Below are positions 14,301 to 28,004 of a stretch of DNA of 64,000 bases, in pieces. Numbering within the stretch: position 1 is the stretch's first letter; every line of letters starts with the position of its first letter. The notes beneath the pieces are model-generated. The model saw only the letters and a program-made list of their open reading frames with translations. It was not told the DNA's origin and did not search any database. The stretch is taken from contig OZ024742.1 of assembly GCA_964016885.1 (NCBI GenBank), positions 65,162,001 through 65,226,000 on the forward strand, written 5' to 3'. Made by a program: the position numbers and the translations under genes. Origin of the DNA: Eledone cirrhosa (taxonomy: Eukaryota).

Positions 14301-15698
14301 GTCTTTGACACAGAGTTTTGCTGACTCTTTGTTTAGCAGGTTTTCTATGGCTGGATGCCCTTCTTCCTATCACCAATACTAAATGCCTAACCTTGGCCTG
14401 CAGCTTGGTTAAAGAGAGAAACTGCAGAAATATGTGTTGCATACACAGTAACCACACACATTCATTGTCTTGAAATATTTGCAGATATGTCAACCATCAG
14501 CCATGGTAACCCCACCCAAACACCTTTGGATTGGGCATTGGCAGCAGATGGACTTCCTGACCACAGGAACTCAACTTTTATAAAAGAAGTAAAAGTACAT
14601 ATGTTTCAATTCAGTCAGATGTTTCCTGGGACAAGGTATGACGTGATGTTAGCCACATCTATTCGACCATTTTAGCACAGTTTCCTCTTAGCCCATTTGT
14701 GAGCAGGACTAGTCACTCTGCTTGCAACTTCTTCCTAGTTGGAGTTTCAACTGAACAACCCTAAACACCTTAACTAGATTCTCAGTCCAGCAACATAAAC
14801 TACTGTTCCCCTATAGATTGGCTTCTCCAGATGCCTAGTTGCAAGTCAACCAACTTGTCCTGATTAATGTATACTGCCTGTTACCTCCTGGTACTCCTCC
14901 AGAATAGTGCCAACCATCTCAAATAGTAATAATAAGAAGGAAGCAGCAACCATAAAATATTCATAAGAAATATGACAAGAAAAACCAGTAAAAAAACAAA
15001 AAAAAACAAATTGAAGAAATAGAAAAAAACAGTTGAAAAAACCAATTAACATTGTTTTTGTGCTGTTATTGAAAACTGACTCTCCAACTTGACTGACATG
15101 TTCATATACATACACACTGCTCTGGACAAGTAGTTCTTTACTCTAATTATTCCTGATCCACACCATCACACTACCAACACCTAACTGGTAGACAGAGCCA
15201 GACCAACCAGCTGCCCCTCTCCCCCCACTTCAACCAATATAATCACTACCATCACCACCACAACTACTACAGCAGACTAATTATCAACAAATATCTCCTC
15301 ACCTACAACATTACAATGCCACCAACACTACCACCTACACCATCACCATCACAACCTCTACAATATGACCACCACCACCACACAGTTTAAACTATACCCT
15401 CTTTAATCAATAGGTTTTAACTTAAAAAGATTATCTTACTTAACCTCACTAAGATGACCCAACAACAGGAACCACCACCACCACCACCACCTGTGTTGTT
15501 TCCAATTGCGTGAGTAGCTGAACATATATTCAAGTTATGTGCAAGTGTGTACATAAATGTGTTCATAAATGCATGTGTGCTTATGTATCAATGTGTGAGT
15601 GTGTGTGGTGTGTCACTTACAAAGCAAAGTCAATAAATCCACCCACTGGAATACATATAGAAAGAGTGTGGCTGAAGAAAAAAAAGTGGAAATATACA

Positions 15699-15754
<56 letters not shown>

Positions 15755-16610
15755 CAAACATGCAATACACTTATACCAATATCCTGTTTTGGGTTATATA
15801 TATTTGTATTTAGGATTGGGTACTTGTTTGCCCTGGGTGCCAATGTCTATTCATTTGCTCATGAGCGTGCATTCCTCTGTGTGTGTGTGTGTGTGCTTGT
15901 ATGTCAATAATTTCTAACATTGTCGAATGGTTAAGGATTTGTAGGAGAGGGGTGTAGATGATTTAATACATACAATAAATATATAACTGGTACTTTTTAT
16001 CACATAGCACACCTCTGATGCCTCTGCCACCATCATAACCACCACCACCACCACTCACTCTAAAAACAATATTTTATTTCATTTAATGTCTTATTAAAGG
16101 TGTTGGAGAGAAATCGTTTGAAAAATCCAGGTATAGGTTCTGCGCCATAGCCAATTAAGTCAACCTTCAGTACATAACTGGTACTTTATTTTATCAAGAC
16201 CAAGTTGACAATGTTGGAAATTGAACTCAGAATGCAGGGTTACTTAATTAAATACAGACAGGTATTTTGTCAACCACTTTCCCAGCTCTGTCAATAATAA
16301 TAACAATGGTTTCTTAAATTGTATGTTCAGCTACTTACAAGGACAACAATTGGGGGGGGGGGGGGGTAATTTGATTATATCAACCCCAGTACTTGATTGG
16401 TACTTTGTTTTATAGACCCCAGAAAGATGAAGGCAAAGCTAACCACAATAATAATAATCATGGTTTCTACTTTAGGAACATCAATTTTTTTTTTGGGGGG
16501 GGGGGGGATTAAATTGACCCCAGTACTGGACAAGTACTTTCTTTTATTGACCCAGAAGGATGAAAGGCAAAAAACAACAACAACAACAGCAACAATAATA
16601 ATAATAATAA

Positions 16611-17133
16611 CCACATTCTGAGAAGTGGTATGAGCATAAGCCAGAGTCGGTGATAGAAAACGATCAGGTGAAGGTGCTGTGGGATTTTAGGACACAGACG
16701 GACAAGAAACTGGAACACAATAGGCCTGACCTGGTGGTTGTGGACAAGGAAAAAAGATTGTGCCTGATTGTAGATGTAGCCTGCCCATTCGACACGAGAG
16801 TGCAAGAGAAGGAGAGGGAGAAAATTAATCGATACCAGGACTTAAAGTGGGAGGTAAAAAGGATTTGGAACTGCCATGAAGTCAAAGTGGTCCCGATTGT
16901 CATAGGCGCACTAGGTACTATCTCAAAAAGTTTCCAGGGATGGTTAAAGAAATTGGCCCCGCCTCGCTTTTTGGAACGCTTCAAAAGGCATGCTTGCTGG
17001 GAACAGCAAGAACCCTCCGATACATCCTGAATATCTGAGGCTGCAGGTAGTGGCTTGATATTCATTTCAACAAACTTTCCAGTTAAATAACATCAATGAC
17101 TGAGACTCAAAGAACAATAATAATAATAATAAT
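16611..17133 (+). mobile_element. R4/Dong-like non-LTR retrotransposon 3' fragment (RLE domain) inserted in (AAT)n
   Basis: KWYEHKPESVIENDQVKVLWDFRTQTD...NRPDLVVVDK...IVDVACP...EKINRYQDL...VPIVIGALG; (AAT)n on both sides; frameshift near 16960. Confidence 0.85.
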
Positions 17134-17290
17134 TGTTTCTACTTTTGGCACAAGGCCAGCAATTACCCAGTACATTACTGGTACTTTATTTTATCGTAAG
17201 GATGAAAGGCAAAGCTAACCTCGAACTCAGTCCGTAAAGGGACGTAACTCTGTGCTGCAAAGCATTGCGTCCAACCCTCTACTGATACAA
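17131..17290 (-). mobile_element. tRNA-derived SINE family B (Meta-domain-like), partial
   Basis: Minus strand TTTGCCTTTCATCCTTACG...GATAAAATAAAGTACCAG...GGCCTTGTGCCAAAAGTAGAAACAATTATT; more than ten related copies in window. Confidence 0.8.
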
Positions 17291-19678
17291 TGGCTTTTAA
17301 TTTGAGCCCGAGGTCAACAATTTTGGGTGAAGGGGTAATTTGATTGTACTTGACTGGTACTTTATTTTATCGATATTGAAAGGATGAAAAGTCAAGTTTA
17401 CTTCGACAGGACTCAAACTGAGAATGTAAAGAATAATGTATGTACCCACACAGACACAATGATTGACAGCTGGTCATAAAGAAATTAGGCAAGATTGGTA
17501 CAAAATATTTGAAGAGTTGTCCTGAAAGGAGAAGTAAGGATGGCAGTTGGAAGGATACCATAAATGTATACATAAATGTATACAACTATACAACTATACA
17601 TAAACATTTTTTTTTACTAAACAGGAAATTGTGTTGATACTAATTTAACAGGATGTCTTCATATTTTTAGAATTACATCTTATGTCAAGTATTTCCTTGA
17701 TGACCACATCATTAGGAGCTTAAACATAAACACTAATACTGAAGGGTCAAATATAATTGTACAGCGATTGGAGCGATTGTACAGCGATTAGAGACTGATT
17801 TTCTTTAATAACCGATTTTTTCACTCGCTTGTTAATTTGTGTTTGAGATACATTGGCTGAGTGCTTATGACGGGAGCGGAACTATTTGAATTCCGTCTAC
17901 CGTCATGTAAATTTCTGAACCAGTAGCCAATCGGTCGACAGCCTTCTGATGACGTGTAGGAATTTCAGTTGCTAATGTGTTGACCGTCACATTCACTGTC
18001 ATAACCGACATGAACTGGAATCGAATTCTGTTGATCGATTGGTTATTGATTAGGTGAAAGCCACATGCGCTGATTGTGCATCGTTGCATAATAAATTCAG
18101 ACAGTGGATGCTGTGCACTATTGCTGCATTAAATGTGACCGAAACTTAAGTACAGGTATAGATTGTAGGTACCCATTTACGAGTGTTATATTGAAGCAAA
18201 TAACTGTCTACTCTGAGATTTTACATAACATTATCTATTGAGTATGCTGAGATGTAACCGGTACTAGCAGTGAAACTCATGCTAGTCCCGTCAACTTATA
18301 TATATATATACAACTACATTATTTAAGGGTAATAAAGTACCAGTAATGTACTGGGTAATTGATGGCCTTGTGCCAAAAGTAGAAACAATTATTTAAGGGT
18401 AAGATTTAAGGGTAAGATTTACTGTAAATTTTTACTTATATATATATATACAACTACATTATTTAAGGGTAAGATTTACTGTAAATTTTTACTTAAATCC
18501 AGACCAATCCCAAACCCAGACATTCACTTGTGAATGTGCTCTGCCTGACCCTGACTTCAAGACAGATGCACATCACTTATCGCATAACACACAATAGGTG
18601 CCTCATTCTATTGCATAGAATTATCTCACACTCGTGTCAACAACCTACTTCTTTATTTCAAGTAACAAGCACCTATTCTTTTAAAATCTACTAACTTTAC
18701 ATTTATCACATTAAGTACCTGTCACATATTGTGACCAATATAATCAACTAACCCTTCTCCTTCCCCTCGCATTACACTATCATATAAAGTACCAGTCTCA
18801 TACAAGTGTCGATATAATTAGCTGCGCCAATTCCACCAAATATGGCTGTGCTTGTGCCTATATCAGAAATGGCTAAAACAACAATAATGTTTTCTAAGCC
18901 CAACAATTTTAGTGGAAGGGAAAGATGATTTAATTGATGCCAGTATTTGACTGGTACTTTAATTCACCTACCCTGAAAGGATGAAAGACATGACTTGAAC
19001 ATAGAATGTAAAGAGCCAAAACAAATACCACTGTAATGATTCTGCCAATCTTTGAGAAAGACATAAAATCTAGCTAAGCGTCATTTAACTGAGTCTCAAC
19101 TATTCAAGGCCTGCTTTATTTGAAAACACTGCCACCACCACTATACATACATGGAATTTAAAGGCTTCGAAGTAACATGATTGACTTTATCTGTAATTAA
19201 ACACACACACAGTCAATAATCTTGATTACATATCAGAGAGAATTTGGTACATGTGTGAAATATTTAAAAGAAACAGCTGAATTCTTGTTTATGTTTCTGC
19301 ATGTAAATTAGATGTTTATTAAAAACAAAAATGTTTTTGTGTACATACTTAACCCATTTAATATCAATGAACATAAGATCACCTTAGTTTCTATGAAACA
19401 AAGTCTTCTGTAATCATTTTAAGCAAGAACCTTCCATTATATTCCAAATAAAAACAAGTTAGTTATTTTACTGAACTCCTCTAAATTCAATAATAATGGT
19501 TTCTGATTTAGGCACAAGGCCAGTGTGTTACTGGTGTTTTCTTTTATCAACCCCATAAGGATGAAAGGAAAAGCTAACCTCGGCAGGATTTGAAATCTAA
19601 ATTCAACAACAGCAGCATCATTACTCAGTGGCACTAGAAACCACATGCATCAAGCATGTCTGTGTGTGTGTACATTAT

Positions 19679-20025
19679 ATCATCATCATCATCATCATTT
19701 CATTTTACGTCCGCTTTTCCCTGCTTGCAAGGGTGGGACAGGAACTGATTCTGGCTTGATTTCTACAGCTGGATGCCCTTCCTAACACCAACCTCATTTA
19801 CAATGAGTGCTGGTTGCTTTTTGGCCGTGGCACCTCCACGACCACTTTACAGTGGAATGATATGGACCCCAGTCCCTATCATCTCATTTCTAGAGCTGAG
19901 TAAACTGGAGCAATGTGAAATAAAGTGTCTTGCTCAAGGAAACAACACATAACCCGGTCTGAGAATTGAACTCACAACCTTTCGATTGCAAGGCCAATGC
20001 TCTAACCACTAAGCCATGTGCCTCC
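19679..20025 (-). mobile_element. SINE family A, full length
   Basis: Reverse complement of the 2870-3260 element with (TGA)n tail. Confidence 0.9.
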
Positions 20026-20176
20026 ATATATATATATATATATAAAGAGAGAGAGAGAGTAAGGGGTTAACAGAACAGGGATGTGATGATCACATTATGG
20101 TCTGTTGGTTGTGAAGCAGATAAAAAGAAGCGCTCAATGATCTGTATATATGGTACAGAGCATTATATATTAATGA

Positions 20177-20562
20177 AAGATTGGAGGCCATATTCAGTTA
20201 GTTCAGGTTTATTTAAAACTCTGTTAGACATATTTTATTGAGGACTATCAGTTTAGATAGCCTGAGCTCTTCAGACGGCAAAACCTAAAATAAACATTGA
20301 AAGTTCCTAATTAACAGGGGCCAGCCATCATCAAAGAAACAACACCACGCATTCGGCCAGGCGCCTGTATCATGAAAAGAAAATCATATTTGGGGAAATT
20401 ATTGAATTTTTCCGAATTTAAAGGTTTATTAGGAGCTTTCACTGTTTATTTTAGTTTTGCTGTCTGAAGCGCTCAGGCTATCTAAACTGATAGTCTTCAG
20501 CGAAATATGTATAATGGAGTTTTAAATACACCCGAACTAACTGAATATCGCCGCCGATCTTT
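20177..20562. mobile_element. Inverted-repeat PLE pLTR remnant with degenerate hammerhead
   Basis: Arms ~20177-20312 and ~20427-20562 are diverged inverted copies; CTGAAG(A/C)-GCT...AGC-GAAA-TATGTA at 20464-20511. Confidence 0.6.
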
Positions 20563-20591
20563 TATATATATGCGTGTGTGTGTGTGTGTGA

Positions 20592-20926
20592 AAATGAAAA
20601 GTGGTTAAGTTTAGGAAGCTGTACAATGCAAGTGGGTTTGAAATACCATGGCAACAAGTTGGAAGGAAATTGAGAGAAGAGAGGTTTGAAGCAAAAAAAT
20701 CATTGGTGGAGGAAAATAAAAGACCTAGAATGACTGATTATCTTATAATTTATTAGTCCCAATATTTCGGATTTACCATCCATTATCAAGGACCAAGAAG
20801 GAATCTCCAATTTCTTTTCCCCCTAGATAATGGATGGTAAATCCGAAATATTGGGACTAATAAATTACTTGGTATCTCATATCCACATGCATTGTACAGC
20901 TTCCTAAACATACTCGCTTTTCATTT
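20592..20926. mobile_element. Nested inverted-repeat element with variant hammerhead (probable PLE remnant)
   Basis: Perfect 42-bp IR 20746-20787/20826-20867 inside a looser IR 20592-20647/20871-20926; GTCC-TTGATAAT-GGAT..ATCC-GAAA-TATT-GGGAC on minus strand. Confidence 0.55.
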
Positions 20927-20971
20927 CCATACTCCACAATGTTTCAAACAAACTACAATACCCTTATATAT

Positions 20972-21296
20972 GTGAGTTCAATTCTCAGACCAGGTGATGT
21001 GTTGTTTCCTTGAGGAAGACACTTTATTTCACATTGCTCCAGTTTACTCAGCTGTAGAAATGAGATGATAGGGACTGGAGTCCCTATCATTCCACTGCAA
21101 AGTGGTCGTGGAGGTGCCACGACAAAAAAGCACCCACCATACTGTAAAGTGGATGTGTAGGCGCCACGGAAAAAAAGCACCCAGCACTCACTGTAAATGA
21201 GGTTGGTGTTAGGAAGGGCATCCAGCTGTAGAAATCAAGCCAGAATCAGTTCCCGTCCCACCCTTGCAAGCAGGGTAAAATGATGATCATGATGAT
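20972..21296 (+). mobile_element. SINE family A, 5'-truncated
   Basis: Begins at box B; body and tail as in 2870-3260. Confidence 0.88.
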
Positions 21297-22257
21297 ATAT
21301 ATATACACACACACACACGCATACACAATATAGATTTAAAATAATGTAAGTATTTCTTGGTTACTGGTGATGCATGCATAATGATAACCGAAAAGAATCA
21401 AAGCCTGTTACAAATGTGACTAAGCAAAATATATTTTAAAAAAAACTTCCTTTTCAGATATCCATCTCTTTATTTATACCTATCTATTTGTATACCTATG
21501 TATGTATTCACCTGCTTATTTATTACGCAATAAAAAGAAACATCAATTTAACCTATTAATGGAGAACAAACATGCGCACGTATACGCGCACACACACACA
21601 CAGTAATTGATATACATATCAATATATACATTTTTTTTAAATCACTCAATTTATTGTTGATTTTCCTTCCATTTATAAACAAAGCAAAGGAACAGTAACA
21701 AGTGATTCAGATCTTTTAATGGTTTCTGGCATTTAACTGGTCTATAGTCAGACTTCAAGTGGTTCAACATCACATACCTGTCCAACCTATGCCAGTGTGG
21801 AAAGCATATGTAAAACAACGATATATATATGCGTGAGTGTCTATGGTTACTTGATCTGATAGATATAACACCCAAATCTCTCTTGAATAACATTTTACCA
21901 TCATTAAAAAAACCCAAAGAATGGACACATTGGATAAAAGATGAAGTCACAGATGAAATGTCAGTTGGGCCTTTAATCAGAGACCTTAGGCTGAACAACA
22001 CACAACTTAGCTGCCGGAAATAGCAGCCAAATTTCCCTGAAATCATATCCTACTATCTTGAATAAGGAAATAATACAGTGGACAATGTAGTTTTAGAGAT
22101 ACTCATAAAGAAAACGAGTTGGCCACCCTCTACTGATTTTGGTATTCACTGCCCTCTTCACGCTTAATCATAATATAATAAAGGGAGGAGTGTGGGACTG
22201 TGTCCTGAATATATATTTTTTTATCTCGTTAGTAAAATAAGTTGGATTACTTTGAAT

Positions 22258-22391
22258 AAATAATTGTTTCTACTTTTTTGGCACAAGGCCAGCAATTACC
22301 AGTACATTACTGGTACTTTATTTTATCGACCCCGTAAGGATGAAAGGCAAAGTTTACCTCGGCGGGATTTGAACTCAGAATGGCAAGGGCT
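22258..22391 (-). mobile_element. SINE family B, partial
   Basis: Same core and tail as 39883-40079. Confidence 0.8.
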
Positions 22392-23260
22392 TAATAACAT
22401 CAGAAAAGGAACATAAATAAAGGAGAAATAATATGTAATAAGAACAAAAAAAAAAAAACAATATCAAAGGGCAAACTTACATGAATAAACAACACACATG
22501 CGAAGTGAAAAATATGTTAATTCTGACAACAGTAATAATAAGATCCTCAGAGGAACAGTGGAAAAGATATAGTGAAACGAAAGAAAAAGAAGCTAAAGAT
22601 AGTATGAGAAACAGGAAGTAAGTAGAAAGAAAGGTTTACTTCTTCACCCAGAAACATATTTAGTTTAGCTGAAAAAGATATACAAGTAGCGTGTATAACT
22701 GGAGAGAGTGAAAGAGAGAAAATCTTGAAAAATTAAGAGGTTCAAGTATATACATGTTTTTGAAAGGAAATAACTATTGTGTAAACTAGTTCAAGGATTG
22801 CTCAAATGTAAACATAATATATACATACACACTTGCATTCATGTGCTTATATATTTCATCATAGTTTTAACGTCCTCATTCCCGACTAGCTAAAGTTGGA
22901 CAGGTTCATACAAACAAAGTCAGTGCTGAAGCGGAGCCACTGATCTCCCAAGCAGGCCAGAGATCTGTGTTCCACCATATGCTCAGGAAAGGTTGTCATG
23001 CCTTTGACACAACTAAGAGTCCTCTCAACCCTTTGGCAAGATTTCTATGGCTGGATGTCCTTCCCATCACCAACCACTTTACAGCATATACTGTGTGTGT
23101 TTATCGTGTAAATCACCATCACTAGCTAGATCGTGTAAATCACCATTCAAAAGCTAGATCGAGTACTCTGGTGTGTAATGGTCTAACAGGTTTTTACTGC
23201 ATCCATTCTGATTTACATATATAAACGTATTTATACATACATATACACATATATAGATAC

Positions 23261-23311
<51 letters not shown>

Positions 23312-23709
23312 CGCATTTATACATACACACCATTCATATCACCATCATCCTTTTCCATGGTGGCATAAGTTGAACAGGCCATTATGGTTCACCTCAGTCA
23401 GTTCTCATTCAGAGATACTGCTCTTTCTCACTCTCTGTATCATCATCATCGTTTAATATATATATATGAACACACACACACATAAATTTATATATATATA
23501 TATATATATAAACGCACACATAACATATATATATGAATACACACATAACATATATATATGAATACACACATAACATATATATATGAATACACACATAACA
23601 TATATAAATACACACACATATAAATATACACACATATAAATATATATATATTCATTCAAAGAAAACCATGCACATATGCATGGAAATGGAAATGGAAATA
23701 TATATATAT

Positions 23710-24375
23710 CTGCCGGTCATTTCGAATTTTGTTTATCGTGAACTCGTGCGCCGATTTTTCGATACTCGATTATTCTACTATATTTAGGCTCTAGACCAGT
23801 TAATTTTATTGTTCATTTTTTGTCGATTCTATTAAATGATGAATAGCTCCTGTTTATTTTAACATGTCTATTGAGCACTCTTATTCGATATGTGTATTTC
23901 CACATTTTCCCGAATATTTTTTGCGGATATAAAGGTTATCTCCCTTGCTGAATTCCATGTGCGTTTTTTCTACTTGGGTTATGCCTTTTTATTCGTTCGG
24001 ACAAAAGCTCGTTGAGGAAGTAAATTCCGGTCCGCTGCTTTCTAGAAGTCTTATATATTTTTATGTGGGCTGATAGAGGGCGGTTTAAGGATTTACAGAA
24101 ACCCAAGAAGCTAGATTTACCATCTTTCTAGCGGGTCCGGGTATGCTTTTTACATTCATTTGATTTATTGATATTTTATCTGAGTGTCCCGAATCTTCCA
24201 GATCGTAATTTTTCGGTGGTATGGTTGATTTTAGACATGTTCTATGTGTGTCGGTATTTTAACGATAGTTATAGCTCTGATTTATCTGAATTATTGAACC
24301 CTCTGCCGCTCATTTCGAATTTTGTTTATCGTGAACTCGTGCGCCGATTTTTCGATACTCGATTATTCTACTATA
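23710..24375. mobile_element. Unclassified ~665-bp element bounded by ~73-bp direct repeats, inserted in (TA)n
   Basis: TGCCG.TCATTTCGAATTTTGTTTATCGTGAACTCGTGCGCCGATTTTTCGATACTCGATTATTCTACTATAT at 23711 and 24304; CpG-rich relative to flanks. Confidence 0.6.
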
Positions 24376-24509
24376 TATATATATATATATATAGGTATGT
24401 GTGGGGGTTTTGTTTATAAATAAAGAAGCATTCATTAGTTTTGACTAGCTGAACTATAATGATAGTGTGTGTGTGTGTGTGCGTGTGCGTGTGCGTGTGT
24501 GTGTGTATT

Positions 24510-24949
24510 GAAGGCGCATGGCTTAGTGGTTAGAGCATTGGCCTTGCAATCGAAAGGCTGTGAGTTCAATTCTCGGACCGGGTGATGTGTTGTTTCCTTG
24601 AGCAAGACACTTTATTTCACATTGCTCCAGTTTACTCAGCTGTAGAAATGAGATGTTAAGACTAAGGGTGCCAATCATCCCACTGCAAAGTGGTCGTGGA
24701 GGTGCCACGGCAAAAAGCACCCAGCCCACTGTAAAGTGGATGTGTAGGCGCCACGGAAAAAAGCACGCAGCACTCACTGTAAATGAGGTTGGTGTTAGGA
24801 AGGGCATCTAGCTGTAGAAATCAAGCCAGAATCAGTTCCCATATGAGCAATACAAGGCCAGCCGACCGGACACTGCCCACAACAGGACAACCCGTCTAAC
24901 CCATGCTAGCATGGAAGAACAGACGTAAAACGGTGATGATGGTGATGAT
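24510..24949 (+). mobile_element. SINE family A, full length with alternative longer RTE-type tail
   Basis: Same head and body as 2870-3260; after CAGAATCAGTTCC it carries an extra ~50 nt and the tail AACCCATGCTAGCATGGAAGAACAGACGTAAAACGG(TGA)n. Confidence 0.88.
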
Positions 24950-26372
24950 TCTTCTATGCATCCGTTACAAGTGCTATGATGAAGTTTCTCTTCCAGCTCA
25001 CCCTGTCTAGCATTGCCCTCTGAAGTTGGTCTCCCAACGCATCAAGTTTCCAAAAAAGGACTGCCATCAAGTAAGTACATTGTGACATTACTCATGTCCG
25101 GCTAATGCAAGCCTCCTATGCCTTATGATGTCAGAAAGGTGAAGGTATGAGCCATAAAGTGACTTCTTTGGTATGTGTGTTCTCTAGTGTATGTTCTAGA
25201 TCTTTCTGAGCATCCGGATGAATATGCATTAATCCTCTATGTGAGTGTTTTTTGTTAGTATCCATAACTCACATCTGTAAAGGAGAATGGACTCAACTGT
25301 TGCTTTGAATAGCCACATTTTTGTGGTTTTCATGATCGGAGACAGCCATACCTATGATAGGGAGTTAAGACCACCCTCCACGTCTTACCTATCCTGGTGT
25401 CCACATCGTGCTCAGTGTTCATAAAACTACCAAGATACAAAAAGTCATTGAGCTCCTCAATCTCTGAACCGTCGAGCGTATGCATTTGTTTATTTGACGT
25501 TATATTGAGGTGTATGAATTTTGTTTTGCTAGCATTCAAGAATAGTCCAATGGCCTGCGCTGCAGCCTCCACTCTGTGATGCACTTCAGCTTTTTTGCAG
25601 GTGTTTTCCAAGAGAGCTATGTCATCCATGTAAGCCATTTCAGGTAGAACTTCCTCCAAATGTTGGGTGCTTTGTCAACTTTTCAGCATTATTCTGTCTG
25701 ATGGTGCAATGACATTACGCAGTACATAATCAAGGCATATCCAAAAAAAGAAAAGGAGCCGGAGGATCTCCCAGGAGGACACTGGTAACAATGGGGAATA
25801 GGTCTGAGTTTCCCTCAGTTGTCATCACAAGTGCTGAAGTATTCTCATATATGACTTTAATTGCATTCAAGATCTGATTGGATATCCCATAAGCAAGGAT
25901 TTTGAGCATCTTTCCGAAATCCAGTAAGAAACAGCTTTACTAGAAGGAGCTAAGGGAAGATGCCAAACTTGCAAGAATAATTAATGATTCAATTGCTGAT
26001 AAGTTTGAATCCTTGCCAGCTGTAAAGAAAAATTATACTTCTTTTGTATCCATTTGTAATGAAGTGGGTAAGGAAACCATACCAAGATGCCCTCATCGAG
26101 TCACACCTACAGTGGAAAGTGTAACAATGGTTAGCCAGAAGTGACACCCTCAAATCTAGTTTCAGATGTGCAGCATCACCAGATAATTCAGTGCTATACT
26201 TTCAACCATCTGGAGGATGAAAGAATTAACCAAACCCTGGCTGATTTTGAGAATAGTAACAGCACACCCAGAGAAGCTTGGAGACTGATTAAAGAACTTT
26301 CTGGTAAGAAGAGGAAGAATGTGGGATATATCCAAGGAGAAGACTGCCTTGTGACTTGGAGGGAGCACTTCC
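24950..26372 (-). mobile_element. Decayed RTE-clade LINE with inverted 5' segment
   Basis: Minus 24950-25915: MLKILAYGISNQILNAIKVIYENTSA...VLLGDPPAPFLF...AYMDDIALL...FLYLGS (RT). Plus 25915-26372: AWRLIKELSGKK pre-RT linker. Confidence 0.8.
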
Positions 26373-28004
26373 TTATATATATATATAAGCAGGGAAAATG
26401 ATGATGATGATGATATATATATATAACATTATCAACACCAATACCATGGGCTAATGAAGGACCGATCATGTAGTTACTCTACTTGTTAGAAATATCAACC
26501 AAATCTTCAAACTGCATAAGGTCTTAATGGAGACACACATTGAATATTGTAGTCTTAGATATACTATGTATAATTAAAAGTTGGTCAGCTCATACCAAGA
26601 GTTTTTGATTATAGGTTTGTCGTATCACAACTGAACTGGAGCTTAACACAAACAGCCTAGTTAGAAAACTACCAACACAATGTAGTGTTATTCAACCTAA
26701 TAGAAATAACAGTCAACTTCCTCTCTAATTAAATCATACTGGTTTTAAAAGGGCATGTTAGATAATGTAATCCTAGATTGAACAACCATATCATAGTTAT
26801 ACATAATCAGAATTAAAATATAGCTAAATAATAACAACACTAATGCCACCACTTCCAGACAAAAAAAAAAAAAATCTATTAATCCATGAGAGCCACCACA
26901 TGACGATTTGACTTGCTGGAAATAGCAATCAAGTTCCCTTCAAACTATATGCAACCATTTTAGAAAAGGACATTGAATAATGTGGTCCTGAGTTACTGAT
27001 ACAAAGGAAAAAGATGGGGATGATTAAAGCTGGTATACACTTGATTGTGGGTCTGCATGATAATGGCTGTCCTGCAGCTAAACAACAACATCACCATCAC
27101 TGACAACTATAACATACCATGACCACCATTGCCACCACTACCATGTACTGTAAAATGTAAAATAACCTCAACTGGATGATGATGAAATAAAGAACTAAGA
27201 AATGGGAGGGGGTTAAGACGAAAACTAACACATGGCAAGATTAGTGTTATCTCCATAGAAACAAACTGGCAACAGCAGGTTCTCTTAGATAGAGATAAAG
27301 AGAGGGGGTGAGGAGAGCAGAAGTAAGGTAAATAGTTGAGGACCATTTACAGGTGGGAGTTTCAAACAATTATGAGATTGTAACTTGCTTTTCCTCAAAG
27401 TTTGCAAAAGTGGTTCAATTCCAACTTGATGGCTGCACATGTAGCTGGAAATAACCAAGCCCCTGGCAGCAGCCATCATATGTTTATAAATAACACATCC
27501 ATCAATCCTCATCAAGTCATATAGGTGTTGTTGTGTGTCTTGGGTATTTAAAACTTCACAGAAGTATGAACACAGCCGATTTTTGAGAGAGAGAGAGAAT
27601 CAATTCCAGTATTGGGCTTGCTTATTTCCAACTACATGTGCTGCCATCAAGTTGGAATTGAACCACTTTTGTAAACTTTGAGGAAAAGCAAGTTACAATC
27701 TCATTGACATAAAAAGGGTAAAAAGCAGTGTTGACCATGACAGCATGACAGAATTTGAACACAGAATGCACACATCCGAAACAAATACTGCAAAGAATTT
27801 TAACCCTGATTAGAGAGGTTCCAAGTTTTATCCCACTGCATGGTATCTTAGGCAAGTCTTTTCTACCATAGCCTCAGTTTCACCAATTGCCTTGCGGGTG
27901 AAACTTCTTGGAGTATGTAGCAGTATAGTTTGGTGTGCTGAGCAGTAGAATTTAATACATAGATGAACTTCAGCATCAACTATAATAATATGCCATGTGT
28001 ATAT

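Noticed and set aside
13440-14860. Possible decayed LINE endonuclease or 5' region on minus
   Set aside because: Only faint motif resemblance; too degraded to call
17947-17975. CTGATGA at ~17947 (also ~4909)
   Set aside because: No stem II or GAAA partner found, so not a hammerhead
18295-18495. Short nested direct duplications around a SINE fragment
   Set aside because: Explained by TSD plus local slippage; no evidence of function
23495-23640. ~22-bp tandem repeat (ATGAATACACACATAACATATAT) with array-like look
   Set aside because: Minisatellite without unique spacers; not CRISPR, and the context is eukaryotic
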